Below are positions 63,631 through 64,000 of a stretch of 64,000 bases of DNA, piece after piece. Position 1 is the first letter of the stretch, and the number at the start of each line of letters is the position of its first letter. The DNA is taken from positions 248,001-312,000 of the forward strand of contig MU053881.1 in NCBI GenBank assembly GCA_013239625.1, in the 5' to 3' direction. The position numbers and the translations under genes were made by a program. Source of the stretch: Lama guanicoe (taxonomy: Eukaryota). The notes under the pieces were generated by a model, which worked only from the letters and a program-made list of their open reading frames with translations, did not search any database and was not told the DNA's origin.

Positions 63631-64000
63631 CATTTTGTTCTTGCAGGGAGGCACTTTCATCTCTACGAAGATAAAATTTCTTTGAAGCTTTTTATTGCTA
63701 CCTGCATTGTTTTTCTTTCCCCTGAGTTCTTTTTTTTAGTGTGTGTTTAAAGACTGAAGCATTCGAAGCCCAAGTGGAAGTGTGTGGTTTGGGATTGTTG
63801 AATGAGGGGTTTTTCTCCAGGGCAGTGGGCACCCACAGGTATCTCTGTTTGAGGGTCTTTTCCGTGGGCATTGCTTAGTTTCTCTAGAGAGGCTCCTCCA
63901 GCCTCATGACTGAGGGAGGTCAGCCTGGCTGCTGGGGTGAGAGGCTGTGTCGGGTGGGGTCTCACGTGGCAGAATGCAGATCTCCAGCACGGTGCCCTGC

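Overview
Mammalian genomic DNA. The SINE and young-L1 content points to a camelid (inference). The window holds two tandem + strand genes in the same order as human 5q35.3. (1) The 3' part of GFPT2 (GFAT2): coding exons 4-19 at 171..23947, 1835 coding nt in one uninterrupted frame, TAA stop, AATAAA at 24773. (2) The 5' part of MAPK9 (JNK2): CpG-island promoter at ~32.3-33.4 kb, non-coding exon 1 ending at 33004, and coding exons 2-5 at 44000..58889; the rest of the gene lies outside the window. The remainder is intronic or intergenic and rich in repeats: tRNA-derived SINEs with target-site duplications (TSDs), young and old L1, L2, MIR, MaLR, an ERV1-type solo LTR, hAT-Charlie fossils and a 9x30-bp minisatellite. 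I see no new multi-gene system. The best leads are regulatory: a candidate in-frame 60-nt cassette exon in GFPT2 intron 8 at the position of the GFPT1 muscle-specific exon, a GC-AG intron followed by a recursive-splicing-type exon, an upstream ORF overlapping the MAPK9 start codon, and a tail-less internal L1 fragment captured inside a SINE. Exon numbers and orthologue comparisons are recalled, not computed. Repeat family names and most repeat boundaries are approximate.
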